From: Eubacteriales bacterium
GTDB taxonomy: Bacteria > Bacillota > Clostridia > Saccharofermentanales > UBA5734
DNA: 64,000 nucleotides
NCBI GenBank assembly: GCA_028695145.1
Contig: JAQVJP010000001.1
Location: forward strand, 922-64,921
Direction: 5' to 3'
Made by a program: the position numbers and the translations under genes. How positions within the stretch are numbered: the stretch's first letter is position 1; the number at the start of each line of letters is the position of its first letter. Positions 41,385 through 50,611 of this stretch are shown here, piece by piece. The notes under the pieces are model-generated. The model ran no database searches. It had not been told where the DNA came from and worked only from the letters and a program-made list of their open reading frames with translations.

Positions 41385-44210
41385 ATGAGTATAATTGAGA
41401 AGCTTTTCGGAACACATTCCGAAAGAGAGATTAAAAGAATAATGCCTTTGGTGGCTCAGGTCGAGACCCTGGCGGATAAGTATGAAAAAATGGATGAAGA
41501 GACTCTTAAGTCTACAACTTCTTTGTTCAAGCAGCGTCTTGAGAACGGCGAAACTCTTGATCAAATCATGCCGGAGGCTTTTGCCGTTGTCCGTGAAGCC
41601 GCTCGAAGAGTATTAGGAATGTATCATTATCCTGTGCAAATACTTGGTGGTATTGTATTGCATCAGGGTAGAATTGCTGAAATGAAAACAGGTGAAGGAA
41701 AGACTCTTGTTGCTACATTGCCAGTTTACCTTAATGCTCTTAGTGGTAAGGGTGTTCACGTTGTAACCGTTAATGACTATCTGGCAAGTCGTGACAGCGA
41801 GTGGATGGGTAAGGTTTATCGCTATCTGGGTCTATCTGTTGGTTTGATTGTTCATGGACTTAATAATGAACAACGTAGAAAAGCCTATTCTGCTGACATT
41901 ACATATGGTACAAATAATGAGTTTGGATTTGACTATCTGCGCGATAACATGGTTACATATCAGCAAAACAGAGTTCAACGTCCTTTGAATTTTGCGATTG
42001 TTGACGAAGTTGACAGTATTTTGATAGATGAGGCACGTACCCCGCTTATTATTTCTGGTATGGGTGAAGAGTCATCCGACTTATATGAGAAGGCAGATAA
42101 GCTTGTGAAGAGATTCAAAGCTTTTGTAATGACCGAGACTGACGATAAGGTCGATCAGGAGGAACTTACTGATGACGCCGACTACATAGTTGACGAAAAG
42201 GCAAAAACAGCGGTTTTAACAAAACGTGGTGTAAAAAAAGCTGAAGAATATTTTAATATAGAGAATCTGTCAGACCAAGAGAATTATCAGATCAACCACC
42301 ATATAAATAACGCGTTGAAGGCACATGGAACTATGCATTGTGATTCAGATTATGTGGTTAAGGATGGAGAAGTAATAATCGTTGATGACTTCACCGGACG
42401 CTTAATGATGGGACGTCGATACAGTAATGGTCTGCACCAAGCTATAGAGGCAAAAGAAAATGTGAAGGTTGAGCGTGAAAATAAAACTCTGGCCACTATT
42501 ACTTTTCAGAATTATTTTCGAATGTATAATAAATTATCCGGTATGACAGGTACTGCTTTGACTGAGGAAAATGAATTCAGAGCGATTTATTCTCTTGATG
42601 TTATATGCATTCCTACAAATAAGCCAATGATCAGAGAAGATATGCCTGATGCTGTATTTAAAACGCAAAATGGCAAGTATATGGCTCTTCTGCGTGAAGT
42701 AGAAGAAGCGAATAAACGTGGACAGCCTTTATTAATAGGTACTGTCTCAGTTGAAAGATCAGAATTGATCTCTGCGTTATTTCGTAAACATGGTATCGCA
42801 CACAATGTTCTTAATGCTAAACAGCATGAGCGTGAAGCAGAAATTGTCGCGCAGGCCGGACGTTACGGGTCTGTCACAATAGCAACTAATATGGCTGGTC
42901 GAGGAACTGATATTCTGCTGGGTGGTAACCCGGAGTTTTTAAGTAAGCAGGAGATGCGAAAACAGGGAATTCAGGAAGATTTGATCGAAGCATCAACTAC
43001 GCTCAATGAGACCGAGGATGTTTTAATTATCGATGCCAGAAAAATGTATAGAGAATTATATGAGAAGCACAAAGCTGAGACACAAAAAGAGCGTGAAAGA
43101 GTAATAGAAGCTGGTGGTCTTTACATAATTGGTACAGAGAGACATGAATCACGAAGAATTGATAATCAGCTTCGTGGTCGTTCAGGACGGCAAGGAGATC
43201 CAGGACGCAGCCGCTTCTATCTGTCATTAGAAGATGATCTGATGAGACTGTTTGGCGGTGACCGCATGACGAAGGTGTTTGCCGCTCTTGGTGTAGATGA
43301 AGATGTTGAAATTCAACACAAGATGTTATCAAACGCAATCGAAACAGCACAGAAGAGAGTTGAAGGCAGAAACTTCAGTATTCGCAAGCATGTTCTTGAA
43401 TATGATGATGTAATGAATAAACAACGCGAAATAATTTACGCTCAGAGGCATAAAGTTCTTGAGGGAGATGATCTGCATGAGAATTTCCGCAAGATGATTG
43501 AAGATGTCATGCGTGAGACTTTGCTCGATTTCTGTGCCGGGCTGCCAAATTCAGCTGAATGGGATACAGTTGCGATTGATGCTAAGGTAAAAGATTTATT
43601 TGGCGATCTGGCGGGTCTATCTGAGCTGAGCAAAGCCAGACAAGGTATAGATGCTGAAGAATTAAACAATCTATTGACGAGTCAGGCACTTGAAAAATTC
43701 GAAAGTCGTGCCGTAGAAATTGGTTCAGAAGAATTAATGAGGGAGGCAGAAAGAGTAATTCTGCTTAGAACTGTTGATAGTCACTGGATGGATCATATTG
43801 ACGCTATGGATGATTTGCGTGATAGCATTGGCATGCGTGGATATGCTCAACACGATCCGGTTATTGAATACAAAAAAGAAGGTTTCACTATGTTTGAGGC
43901 CATGAATGCGGCTATTCGAGAAGACGCTGTCAGGCTGATCATGCGTGCCAGATTTAATACTGAACAAGCGATGCAGAGAAAATCAATTGCTCGCAATATT
44001 ACTGAAGGCCACGGTGGGAGCGGATATACAGGTTCAGGTGCTCCTTCCATGCCACAGTCAAATGCTCGTGCGCAGGCTTCCGCTACAAACGCTGGAGAAG
44101 CTTCAAAAAAGCCTGTTCAAAGAGACGCTGCCAAAGTTGGCAGAAATGATCCTTGCCCTTGCGGTAGTGGCAAGAAGTATAAGAATTGTTGTGGTAAGAA
44201 CGCAGATTGA
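41385..44210 (+). CDS. secA: preprotein translocase ATPase SecA
   Basis: MxxIEKLFG start, MKTGEGKTLVATLP, DEVDSILIDEARTPLIISG, TNMAGRGTDI and C-terminal [17 protein letters not shown]. Confidence 0.95.
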   Translation: MSIIEKLFGTHSEREIKRIMPLVAQVETLADKYEKMDEETLKSTTSLFKQRLENGETLDQIMPEAFAVVREAARRVLGMYHYPVQILGGIVLHQGRIAEMKTGEGKTLVATLPVYLNALSGKGVHVVTVNDYLASRDSEWMGKVYRYLGLSVGLIVHGLNNEQRRKAYSADITYGTNNEFGFDYLRDNMVTYQQNRVQRPLNFAIVDEVDSILIDEARTPLIISGMGEESSDLYEKADKLVKRFKAFVMTETDDKVDQEELTDDADYIVDEKAKTAVLTKRGVKKAEEYFNIENLSDQENYQINHHINNALKAHGTMHCDSDYVVKDGEVIIVDDFTGRLMMGRRYSNGLHQAIEAKENVKVERENKTLATITFQNYFRMYNKLSGMTGTALTEENEFRAIYSLDVICIPTNKPMIREDMPDAVFKTQNGKYMALLREVEEANKRGQPLLIGTVSVERSELISALFRKHGIAHNVLNAKQHEREAEIVAQAGRYGSVTIATNMAGRGTDILLGGNPEFLSKQEMRKQGIQEDLIEASTTLNETEDVLIIDARKMYRELYEKHKAETQKERERVIEAGGLYIIGTERHESRRIDNQLRGRSGRQGDPGRSRFYLSLEDDLMRLFGGDRMTKVFAALGVDEDVEIQHKMLSNAIETAQKRVEGRNFSIRKHVLEYDDVMNKQREIIYAQRHKVLEGDDLHENFRKMIEDVMRETLLDFCAGLPNSAEWDTVAIDAKVKDLFGDLAGLSELSKARQGIDAEELNNLLTSQALEKFESRAVEIGSEELMREAERVILLRTVDSHWMDHIDAMDDLRDSIGMRGYAQHDPVIEYKKEGFTMFEAMNAAIREDAVRLIMRARFNTEQAMQRKSIARNITEGHGGSGYTGSGAPSMPQSNARAQASATNAGEASKKPVQRDAAKVGRNDPCPCGSGKKYKNCCGKNAD

Positions 44211-44251
44211 ATAGATGATAAATAAGAATACAGATTGAATAGGTGATAAAA

Positions 44252-45079
44252 ATGATTAATGATGCTTATTTAGTTAAAATTGAACAAGCTGCAACGATAA
44301 TAAGAACAATGGTGAAAGAGCCGATTGAATGGCTGCTTGTACTTGGCTCCGGACTTGGTGCTCTTGCGGACGCTATATCTGATGCCGTAACTATTAGTTA
44401 CGAAGAGATTCCTGGATTCCCAAAGTCGACTGTTCCCGGTCATGCAGGGAAATTTGTATTTGGCAAATGGGCTGGCCATAGTATCGCTATTATGCAAGGA
44501 CGTTTCCATTATTATGAAGGTCACTCAATGGAGGACGTTGTTCTGCCAATAAGAGTAATGCAGGAAATTGGGGTTGAGAATATTCTCCTAACAAACGCTG
44601 CCGGTGGAATTGGCGAAGATATGAGACCTGGTGACCTTATGTTGATTACTGATCATATTGGTCTATTTGCAGAATCACCATTAAGGGGAGCTAATATTGA
44701 TAAATATGGCTCAAGATTTATTGACCAGAGCCAAATATATGATTTGGAATACAGTGATTTACTATTTGATATTGCAGGCAAAATGAACATTAAGATGCAT
44801 AAAGGTGTTTATGCCTGGTGCAGAGGGCCACAATTTGAAACCCCGGCTGAGATAAGACTCTTAAAAATGGTAGGTGCAGGTGCTGCTGGGATGTCAACAG
44901 TTCCAGAGGCAATTACCGCATCACATGGTGGAATGAGAATTGTCGCGCTATCATGTATAACTAATTTTGCGGCAGGACTTAGTGAGGTGCCTCTGAGTCA
45001 TGAAGAAGTAATGGAAACTGGTTCTCGAGTTGCTGAATCGACAATTAAGCTGATCACTTCTTTTTTAGAGACAGTCTAA
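44252..45079 (+). CDS. punA: purine nucleoside phosphorylase (PunA/PNP family 2)
   Basis: GSGLG, GHAGKFVFG, GRFHYYEG, TNAAGG and GMSTVPE motifs. Start is either GTG 44243 or ATG 44252. Confidence 0.85.
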   Translation: MINDAYLVKIEQAATIIRTMVKEPIEWLLVLGSGLGALADAISDAVTISYEEIPGFPKSTVPGHAGKFVFGKWAGHSIAIMQGRFHYYEGHSMEDVVLPIRVMQEIGVENILLTNAAGGIGEDMRPGDLMLITDHIGLFAESPLRGANIDKYGSRFIDQSQIYDLEYSDLLFDIAGKMNIKMHKGVYAWCRGPQFETPAEIRLLKMVGAGAAGMSTVPEAITASHGGMRIVALSCITNFAAGLSEVPLSHEEVMETGSRVAESTIKLITSFLETV

Positions 45080-45106
45080 GATAGCTTTTGAGCGGGAGAT
45101 GAAAAA

Positions 45107-46369
45107 ATGTCATACGATATTAGAGATATAAACTTGGCTGAATCCGGCCACAAGAAAATAAAGTGGGCAGCCGCTAACATGCCTGTATTAAGCAGAATTG
45201 AGCAGGAATATGCCGTCACCAAACCTTTTGCCGGTCTCAAAATAGCTGTTAGTGTACATGTTGAGGCAAAAACGGCCTATCTGGCACAAGTGTTAAGAGC
45301 AGGTGGAGCCCGAGTGGCTCTGACTGGGTGTAATCCATTGTCAACACAGGATGACGTTGCCGCTGCACTGGCCAGCGAAGGTATGGAGGTATTCTGCATT
45401 CATGACGCGGATGCAGATACTTATGTGCGTCATCTGCGGCAAGCACTTGAGTTTAATCCGCATATTGTCATTGATGACGGGGGAGATCTTGCTCAATTGC
45501 TGCATACATCTGAAACAGATAAGCTTATTGATTTGATTGGTGGTTGTGAGGAAACAACCACAGGTGTCAAACGATTGAAGATTCTTGAGCGAGAACATAA
45601 ATTGAGGTATCCGGTAATAGCTGTAAATGACGCGAGATGTAAACATCTATTTGATAATAGGTTCGGCACGGGTCAGTCTGTCTGGTCAGCTATTATGAAT
45701 ACAACAAATCTTGTTGTCGCAGGTAAGACTGTAGTCGTCAATGGATTTGGCATGTGTGGTAAAGGTGTAGCTCTTAGAGCTGCAGGTATGGGAGCAAGAG
45801 TAATAGTAACTGAAATAGACCCGGTAAAAGCCTGCGAAGCGCTTATGGAGGGTTATGATGTCATGAGAATGGATGACGCTGCAGCCGTAGGTGACGTTTT
45901 CGTTACTGTGACAGGTTGCAAAGATGTAATTACGTCAAAACATTATATCAATATGAAAAATGGTGCGATTATGTGTAATGCAGGTCATTTTGATGTTGAA
46001 ATAAATATTCCACAATTACAAGCCATGTCTGTTGAGAAGAAAAATGTGAGAAATAATATTGATTCTTATATACTCGAAGATGGACGCTCATTAAATATTC
46101 TTGCGCAAGGTCGCTTAGTTAATTTGGCGGCCGGTGATGGTCATCCAGCGGAGATTATGGATATGAGTTTTGCCTTGCAGGCAAGATCCGCCGAGTATAT
46201 CTCGAAGCATGGGCAAAAAATGGAATCTATGGTTTATGATATTCCGGCAGAAATAGATGATGGTGTGGCTATGACTCTTCTTCAACATAAGACAAAAGGT
46301 TTGGACACACTTACTCCTGATCAACAGTATTATTTGGAAAACTGGGATTTGAGTGAACTTGAAAAATGA
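45107..46369 (+). CDS. ahcY: adenosylhomocysteinase
   Basis: DINLAESGHKKIKWA, DDGGD, EETTTGV, NGFGMCGKG and GHFDVEI motifs. Confidence 0.9.
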   Translation: MSYDIRDINLAESGHKKIKWAAANMPVLSRIEQEYAVTKPFAGLKIAVSVHVEAKTAYLAQVLRAGGARVALTGCNPLSTQDDVAAALASEGMEVFCIHDADADTYVRHLRQALEFNPHIVIDDGGDLAQLLHTSETDKLIDLIGGCEETTTGVKRLKILEREHKLRYPVIAVNDARCKHLFDNRFGTGQSVWSAIMNTTNLVVAGKTVVVNGFGMCGKGVALRAAGMGARVIVTEIDPVKACEALMEGYDVMRMDDAAAVGDVFVTVTGCKDVITSKHYINMKNGAIMCNAGHFDVEINIPQLQAMSVEKKNVRNNIDSYILEDGRSLNILAQGRLVNLAAGDGHPAEIMDMSFALQARSAEYISKHGQKMESMVYDIPAEIDDGVAMTLLQHKTKGLDTLTPDQQYYLENWDLSELEK

Positions 46370-46403
46370 GATTTGTTTATATTTTTCTAAATGAGGTTTA
46401 TTG

Positions 46404-47789
46404 ATGATACATCGCAAGAATAATGTGCTTTTTGAAAGAATTAAAGTCATAACATCTTTGCCTGATGCTGCCAGCGCTGATTTGCTTGATATTGAAGAGG
46501 TTGATCGTTTAAACTCTTCTGACAAGCTTCAAGCTGTAATTAATGATGCTTATGTTTCGGTTGTTGGTGGGAAGTTTGCCTATGTTGGCAAAGACAGGGC
46601 AAAGGCAGTCAATGTTTTTGATAATTCCAAATATGATATCTATAATGGCCGCGATCTTGTGCTGTGGTCTTCAATGGCTAATACACATGGCCATATTCCC
46701 ATGACTCTTATGCGTAATCAAACTGATGATCATAATCTGCATGATTGGTTGTTCAACGTAGTGTTCCCCATGGAAGCTCGTCTAACGCCTGAACATGTTT
46801 ATCATGGTACTGTTTTAGGCCTTGCGGAAATGATAAGAAGTGGTACCGGTGCTGCCGCTGATATGTATTACCACAGCAATTCTGTTGCTCAAGCCGCACT
46901 TGAAGCTGGATTTCGGCTCAATGTCTGCTGCGACGGTAAGAAAGAAGGCGCTGATGGTAAAAATCATGTTGTGCCTGAAGAGATCTCAGATTTTCAGAGC
47001 CATTGGCAGGAGAACTTCGGCGACCTGATAAGAACATCTCTTCTTGTGCATTCAGTTTATCTATATGAGCCCTATCTATACAGGGAGCTGGCACAGCAAA
47101 CGTCAGATCTTGGAATTTCTGTGCAAGTTCATATTTCGGAAACACAAAAGGAGGTAGATGATTGTATTGCCAAGTACGGGCGAAGACCACCTGCGCAGCT
47201 TGATAATTTTGGTTTGCTTTCGGACAGTACAATTGCTGCTCATTGTGTTTTTCTCGATGATGATGATCGTGCGCTTCTTGCAAGACGTGGTGTAACAGTT
47301 GCTCATAATCCTTCAAGTAATTTTAAGCTTGGAAGCGGGTTTGCCGACATTGACGCTATGATTAAAGCAGGCATACGTGTTTCTTTGGGCACTGATGGTG
47401 CTGCAAGTAATAATAACTTAAATTTGTATCAGGAAATGAGACTTGCCGGATTTCTGGCAAAAGGGCTCACAAAAGATGCAAGCTGCCTGACCGCGCCTCA
47501 GTTGATTAGAATGGCAACGTATAATGGTATGAGAGGTTTGGGGTTTGACAATACGGGTTGTATATTGCCTGGATGGACTGCAGATCTTCAGATTGTAGAT
47601 ACAAATAATGCGGCTATGACGCCTCTTGGTAATATAGACGCAGCACTTGTTTACAGCGCGGATTCTAATTATGTTGAATCACTTATGGTAGATGGCGTAT
47701 GGCTAATGTACAAAAAAGAACTTAAGACGATAGATGAAGAGTATGCTATTGCAGAAGCAAATAAATTTTCGGCATCGCTTCGTGCTTGA
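46404..47789 (+). CDS. mtaD: amidohydrolase, 5'-methylthioadenosine/S-adenosylhomocysteine deaminase-like
   Basis: NTHGHIPM metal site, HISET, AHCVFL and GTDGAASNNNLN motifs of the MtaD/ATZ-TRZ amidohydrolase group. Confidence 0.75.
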   Translation: MIHRKNNVLFERIKVITSLPDAASADLLDIEEVDRLNSSDKLQAVINDAYVSVVGGKFAYVGKDRAKAVNVFDNSKYDIYNGRDLVLWSSMANTHGHIPMTLMRNQTDDHNLHDWLFNVVFPMEARLTPEHVYHGTVLGLAEMIRSGTGAAADMYYHSNSVAQAALEAGFRLNVCCDGKKEGADGKNHVVPEEISDFQSHWQENFGDLIRTSLLVHSVYLYEPYLYRELAQQTSDLGISVQVHISETQKEVDDCIAKYGRRPPAQLDNFGLLSDSTIAAHCVFLDDDDRALLARRGVTVAHNPSSNFKLGSGFADIDAMIKAGIRVSLGTDGAASNNNLNLYQEMRLAGFLAKGLTKDASCLTAPQLIRMATYNGMRGLGFDNTGCILPGWTADLQIVDTNNAAMTPLGNIDAALVYSADSNYVESLMVDGVWLMYKKELKTIDEEYAIAEANKFSASLRA

Positions 47790-47816
47790 TAATAGCTTAA
47801 ATGAATATAAGAATAA

Positions 47817-47846
47817 TTGACAACGGGGCTTGCGTTTTGATATTAT
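47817..47846 (+). promoter_or_regulatory. sigma-A-type promoter (extended -10) of the tRNA-Thr gene
   Basis: TTGACA (47817-47822), an 18-nt spacer ending in TGA, then TATTAT (47841-47846). It ends 19 nt before the tRNA 5' end. Confidence 0.6.
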
Positions 47847-47864
47847 TATCGTCGCCCTGTAAAT

Positions 47865-47901
47865 GCCGCTGTGGCTCAGGGGTAGAGCAATTCACTCGTA
47901 A
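47865..47901 (+). pseudogene. 5' half of tRNA-Thr(CGU), truncated after the anticodon loop
   Basis: GCCGCTG (acceptor), TG, GCTC-AGGGGTA-GAGC (D arm), A, ATTCA (anticodon stem 5' strand), CTCGTAA (loop with U33, anticodon CGT, A37). No 3' anticodon-stem strand in place, no T arm (GGTTCGA-type), and no CAGCGGC acceptor complement downstream. Confidence 0.7.
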
Positions 47902-47993
47902 GCGGTTATTAAATTTCGTGAATATTATAACACCGTTAGCCTGTATAAACAACTCTTTGATTTAATATCATTAATAAAATCATATAAAAAAAA

Positions 47994-48025
47994 GCGGGGT
48001 AGTATAAAACTACCCCTTTATTTTT
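47994..48025. terminator. bidirectional rho-independent terminator at chromosome/prophage junction
   Basis: An A-run, GCGGGGTAG-tataaaa-CTACCCC, then TTTATTTTTTT. It serves the minus-strand holin-like gene, whose stop codon lies in the stem. It would also stop plus-strand read-through from the tRNA promoter. Confidence 0.8.
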
Positions 48026-48303
48026 TTGTCAAGTCCATCTACTTTATGTATCAATCCATCAACTTTGTTATCAAGAACATCTATTTTTACTTCAACTTTC
48101 TCAACTTTTTCATCTATCTCGTTTACGCCTCGTTCTGTTAAACAAACAGTGTTTAGAATTTTATCATTAACCTTATCGAGCGTTATACGCATAGCCGTTT
48201 CTCTGGACTTATTTTCCTTCATTGTCCATACAAACAGCGCAACAAATAAGGCGGCAAAAATACCATACCTTACTGCAAAGTCTGCAATAGCTGTCATTTC
48301 CAT
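48010..48303 (-). CDS. BhlA/UviB-family holin-like protein
   Basis: 97 aa. An N-terminal TM helix (GIFAALFVALFVWTM) is followed by KENKSRE and a coiled-coil tail, as in BhlA/UviB peptides. It is the last gene of the late operon. Confidence 0.6.
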   Translation of the reverse strand: MEMTAIADFAVRYGIFAALFVALFVWTMKENKSRETAMRITLDKVNDKILNTVCLTERGVNEIDEKVEKVEVKIDVLDNKVDGLIHKVDGLDKKIKG

Positions 48304-48307
48304 TATG

Positions 48308-50611
48308 TCACCGCCTTAAATCGTCTATTATGTCATTCTGTTTACTGATTATGTCTCTAAGTTCGCCTATCTGTGCTTTCAAGTCTGCATAGCCCTGAAT
48401 AGCTAACATGGCAATAGGTAGCGGCTGTAGTCCATGATTGATTGTGCCATCTTCTAAAGTTTCTTTGATACCTATATACTTGTACGCTTTGTGCTCTGAT
48501 ATTTCGTCGGCTATAACGCCAAGTTGAACAGCTGACTGAGGTATTTCTTTTTCTTTTGTCTTATAATTATAAGTACATTCTTTAGCCGCTATTGTATCAA
48601 GCAAGTCTAAAAAGTCTTCTTTATAAATATCTTCTGTAGATTCGTCTCTGCTAACTGTCAAGGTTTTAATATTGTCTATATCCTTGTTTTTAAGTGGCTT
48701 AATATTTTCTTTGTCTTTTAATCCTGATGTTTGAATAGTACCATTAACAGCCCAAACAGTAGACCAGCGCCTACCAGACTGTCCAAGACTTATAGCGTTA
48801 TCGGCACTGGGGCGTAAAGTTGTAGCATACACAGATAAAGGTAACTCGCTAGCACCAAGGTATATATCAGAAGACGTTCCACCAATTACAACTTTAGTAG
48901 ACGTTGAATGGATAAAAAATGGGGCGTTAACGCTATAGTCAGATATAATGGCACTTATACAATTTATACTCCATGATGATAAACTTTTATTTACAGAAAC
49001 ACTACCATTAATTTTCATATCATCATAAAAAATATGTCTCTGTGTTTGCCCCGCAAAATCAGACGAATTATTTATTATGTATTTTCTGTTAACAGTATTG
49101 TCTGCATCTCTAATTCCAAAGCCTAATATTGAAGCTTCATGAGAACACATTATGTCTAAAACTCTTGTGGAAAAGTCCCCCGCAACGCCAAAACTTGGGG
49201 ATATAACACCTGACAAAATGCCAGCTTCGTAAAATTTAATATCATAGGTATAACTTGTGTTAAACTCTCGTCCTGAGGAAAAAACTTTAGGCGTATTCAT
49301 CTTTCCTAAAACTTCCAATGTATCACTATTCCAAGTTAAAGCACCATTACCAAAAGAAAAAGTGCCATCATTAAGATTAAGCCAACTATTATTGTTTTGA
49401 CTTTTAATAACGCCTGTTATCACTTTATCAGCCGATATCTCCACAAGCTGAACAGCTTTTTCAATTGCCTTAGTTCTTGTAGTTCCATCAGGATTGATAG
49501 TATAGCCGCTGACTTTTAGATTCTTAAACAGCGCTGGAATTTCCTTTTTTCTGTCTATATAATTTGCAGTCTCTAAATCAATCTCATGAGGGTTATCAAA
49601 ATTGATTGAATAGCCTACAATTGTCTGATAAAAAAACAAGTCAATTAGCTTATCTGAATACTCTACAGTTTTGCCAAGCCAGATATCAGGAATAGCCGGA
49701 GTAGATAGATATTTGAGTTTAACATCTATCTTAGGCTTTGCCAGAATAGAGAGTTTATCAAGTCCAGCTTCTTTTAGTGCCGCTGGATTCTTGAAGCTAC
49801 CATTAGTAAAAGTAGACTCTTTGCGGAATAGATGAGGGTTTAAGTCAATATAAGCCCCGCTATAGCCCTGACTAGTAAAGTAACTATAATCTTCAAGATA
49901 TGTTAAGCCGCCATTTACAGGGGCAATAGTTATATCCTCATTGTTCGTATCATCTGAACCGCCAAAACAATAGAGGCGTGTAGTCAGTTCTGAAACGTCC
50001 TTTGATACATCTACTGAAATAGTATTCATAGCGTCTAAATATAAAACATCAGCTGATTTCATGTCAGCAGGATAAATATTTACATAGCCGCCTACAAATG
50101 TATCACCGCTGACAATTGTACCAAAGGTTAAATAGCCGTTATACATTTCAGCTACTGAAACTAGAGCACTAAATATAGTGTTATGTTCAGTGAAGACAGG
50201 GCGCTTAGTCGATACAGGTATAGCGCATTGTCCTACTTGCCAAAAGTTAGAAACAGGCGCTAATAAGTTAGTCAGAGCTGTATTTGCGTCTGTGCTCTCA
50301 TAAGTCAGCAGGGGAGAAGTCTTCTCCTGAAGCATCTTTGAAATATGATAGCAGGAAACACTATATATCAAGCCGCCGCTGTTTTGCGTCTTCTTAATGC
50401 TGGCTATCTCATATGCTTCATTTTGAAAAAATATAAGATTACCCTCTATAAGATACTCAGCCGCTTCATTTTTGCTTGATATATTAAATTCAAGTTTTGA
50501 TATCTCATTAATCTTGCCGCTGTATTTAATACCATAAGGGGCTAAACCATCATTAGTCATTAAATCAGCAAGCTTTTGCATTGCTAAATTATAAATTATC
50601 ATTATAGCCAC
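48308..50611 (-). CDS. tail-associated protein / tail fibre with C-terminal intramolecular-chaperone (peptidase S74-type) domain
   Basis: 767 aa immediately after Dit. The C-terminus reads SGLKDKENIKPL...TYNYK...QLGVIADEI...LPIAMLAIQ plus a terminal coiled coil, typical of auto-cleaving fibre chaperone domains. Confidence 0.7.
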   Translation of the reverse strand: MAIMIIYNLAMQKLADLMTNDGLAPYGIKYSGKINEISKLEFNISSKNEAAEYLIEGNLIFFQNEAYEIASIKKTQNSGGLIYSVSCYHISKMLQEKTSPLLTYESTDANTALTNLLAPVSNFWQVGQCAIPVSTKRPVFTEHNTIFSALVSVAEMYNGYLTFGTIVSGDTFVGGYVNIYPADMKSADVLYLDAMNTISVDVSKDVSELTTRLYCFGGSDDTNNEDITIAPVNGGLTYLEDYSYFTSQGYSGAYIDLNPHLFRKESTFTNGSFKNPAALKEAGLDKLSILAKPKIDVKLKYLSTPAIPDIWLGKTVEYSDKLIDLFFYQTIVGYSINFDNPHEIDLETANYIDRKKEIPALFKNLKVSGYTINPDGTTRTKAIEKAVQLVEISADKVITGVIKSQNNNSWLNLNDGTFSFGNGALTWNSDTLEVLGKMNTPKVFSSGREFNTSYTYDIKFYEAGILSGVISPSFGVAGDFSTRVLDIMCSHEASILGFGIRDADNTVNRKYIINNSSDFAGQTQRHIFYDDMKINGSVSVNKSLSSWSINCISAIISDYSVNAPFFIHSTSTKVVIGGTSSDIYLGASELPLSVYATTLRPSADNAISLGQSGRRWSTVWAVNGTIQTSGLKDKENIKPLKNKDIDNIKTLTVSRDESTEDIYKEDFLDLLDTIAAKECTYNYKTKEKEIPQSAVQLGVIADEISEHKAYKYIGIKETLEDGTINHGLQPLPIAMLAIQGYADLKAQIGELRDIISKQNDIIDDLRR

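Noticed and set aside
43945-44214. 89-aa plus-strand ORF overlapping the 3' end of secA in another frame
   Set aside because: It lies wholly inside the conserved SecA C-terminal region and has no independent translation signals.
47902-47923. A 17-nt intron in the tRNA-Thr anticodon loop, since ATTCA...TGAAT could re-form the anticodon stem
   Set aside because: Bacterial tRNA introns are large group I introns. No variable loop, T arm or acceptor 3' strand follows the TGAAT, so the gene is truncated rather than interrupted.
48026-48319. 97-aa plus-strand ORF exactly mirroring the holin-like gene
   Set aside because: The minus-strand product has a recognisable BhlA/UviB-like TM plus coiled-coil layout, ends in the terminator and continues the operon. 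The plus-strand translation is Ser/Thr/Phe-rich low complexity.
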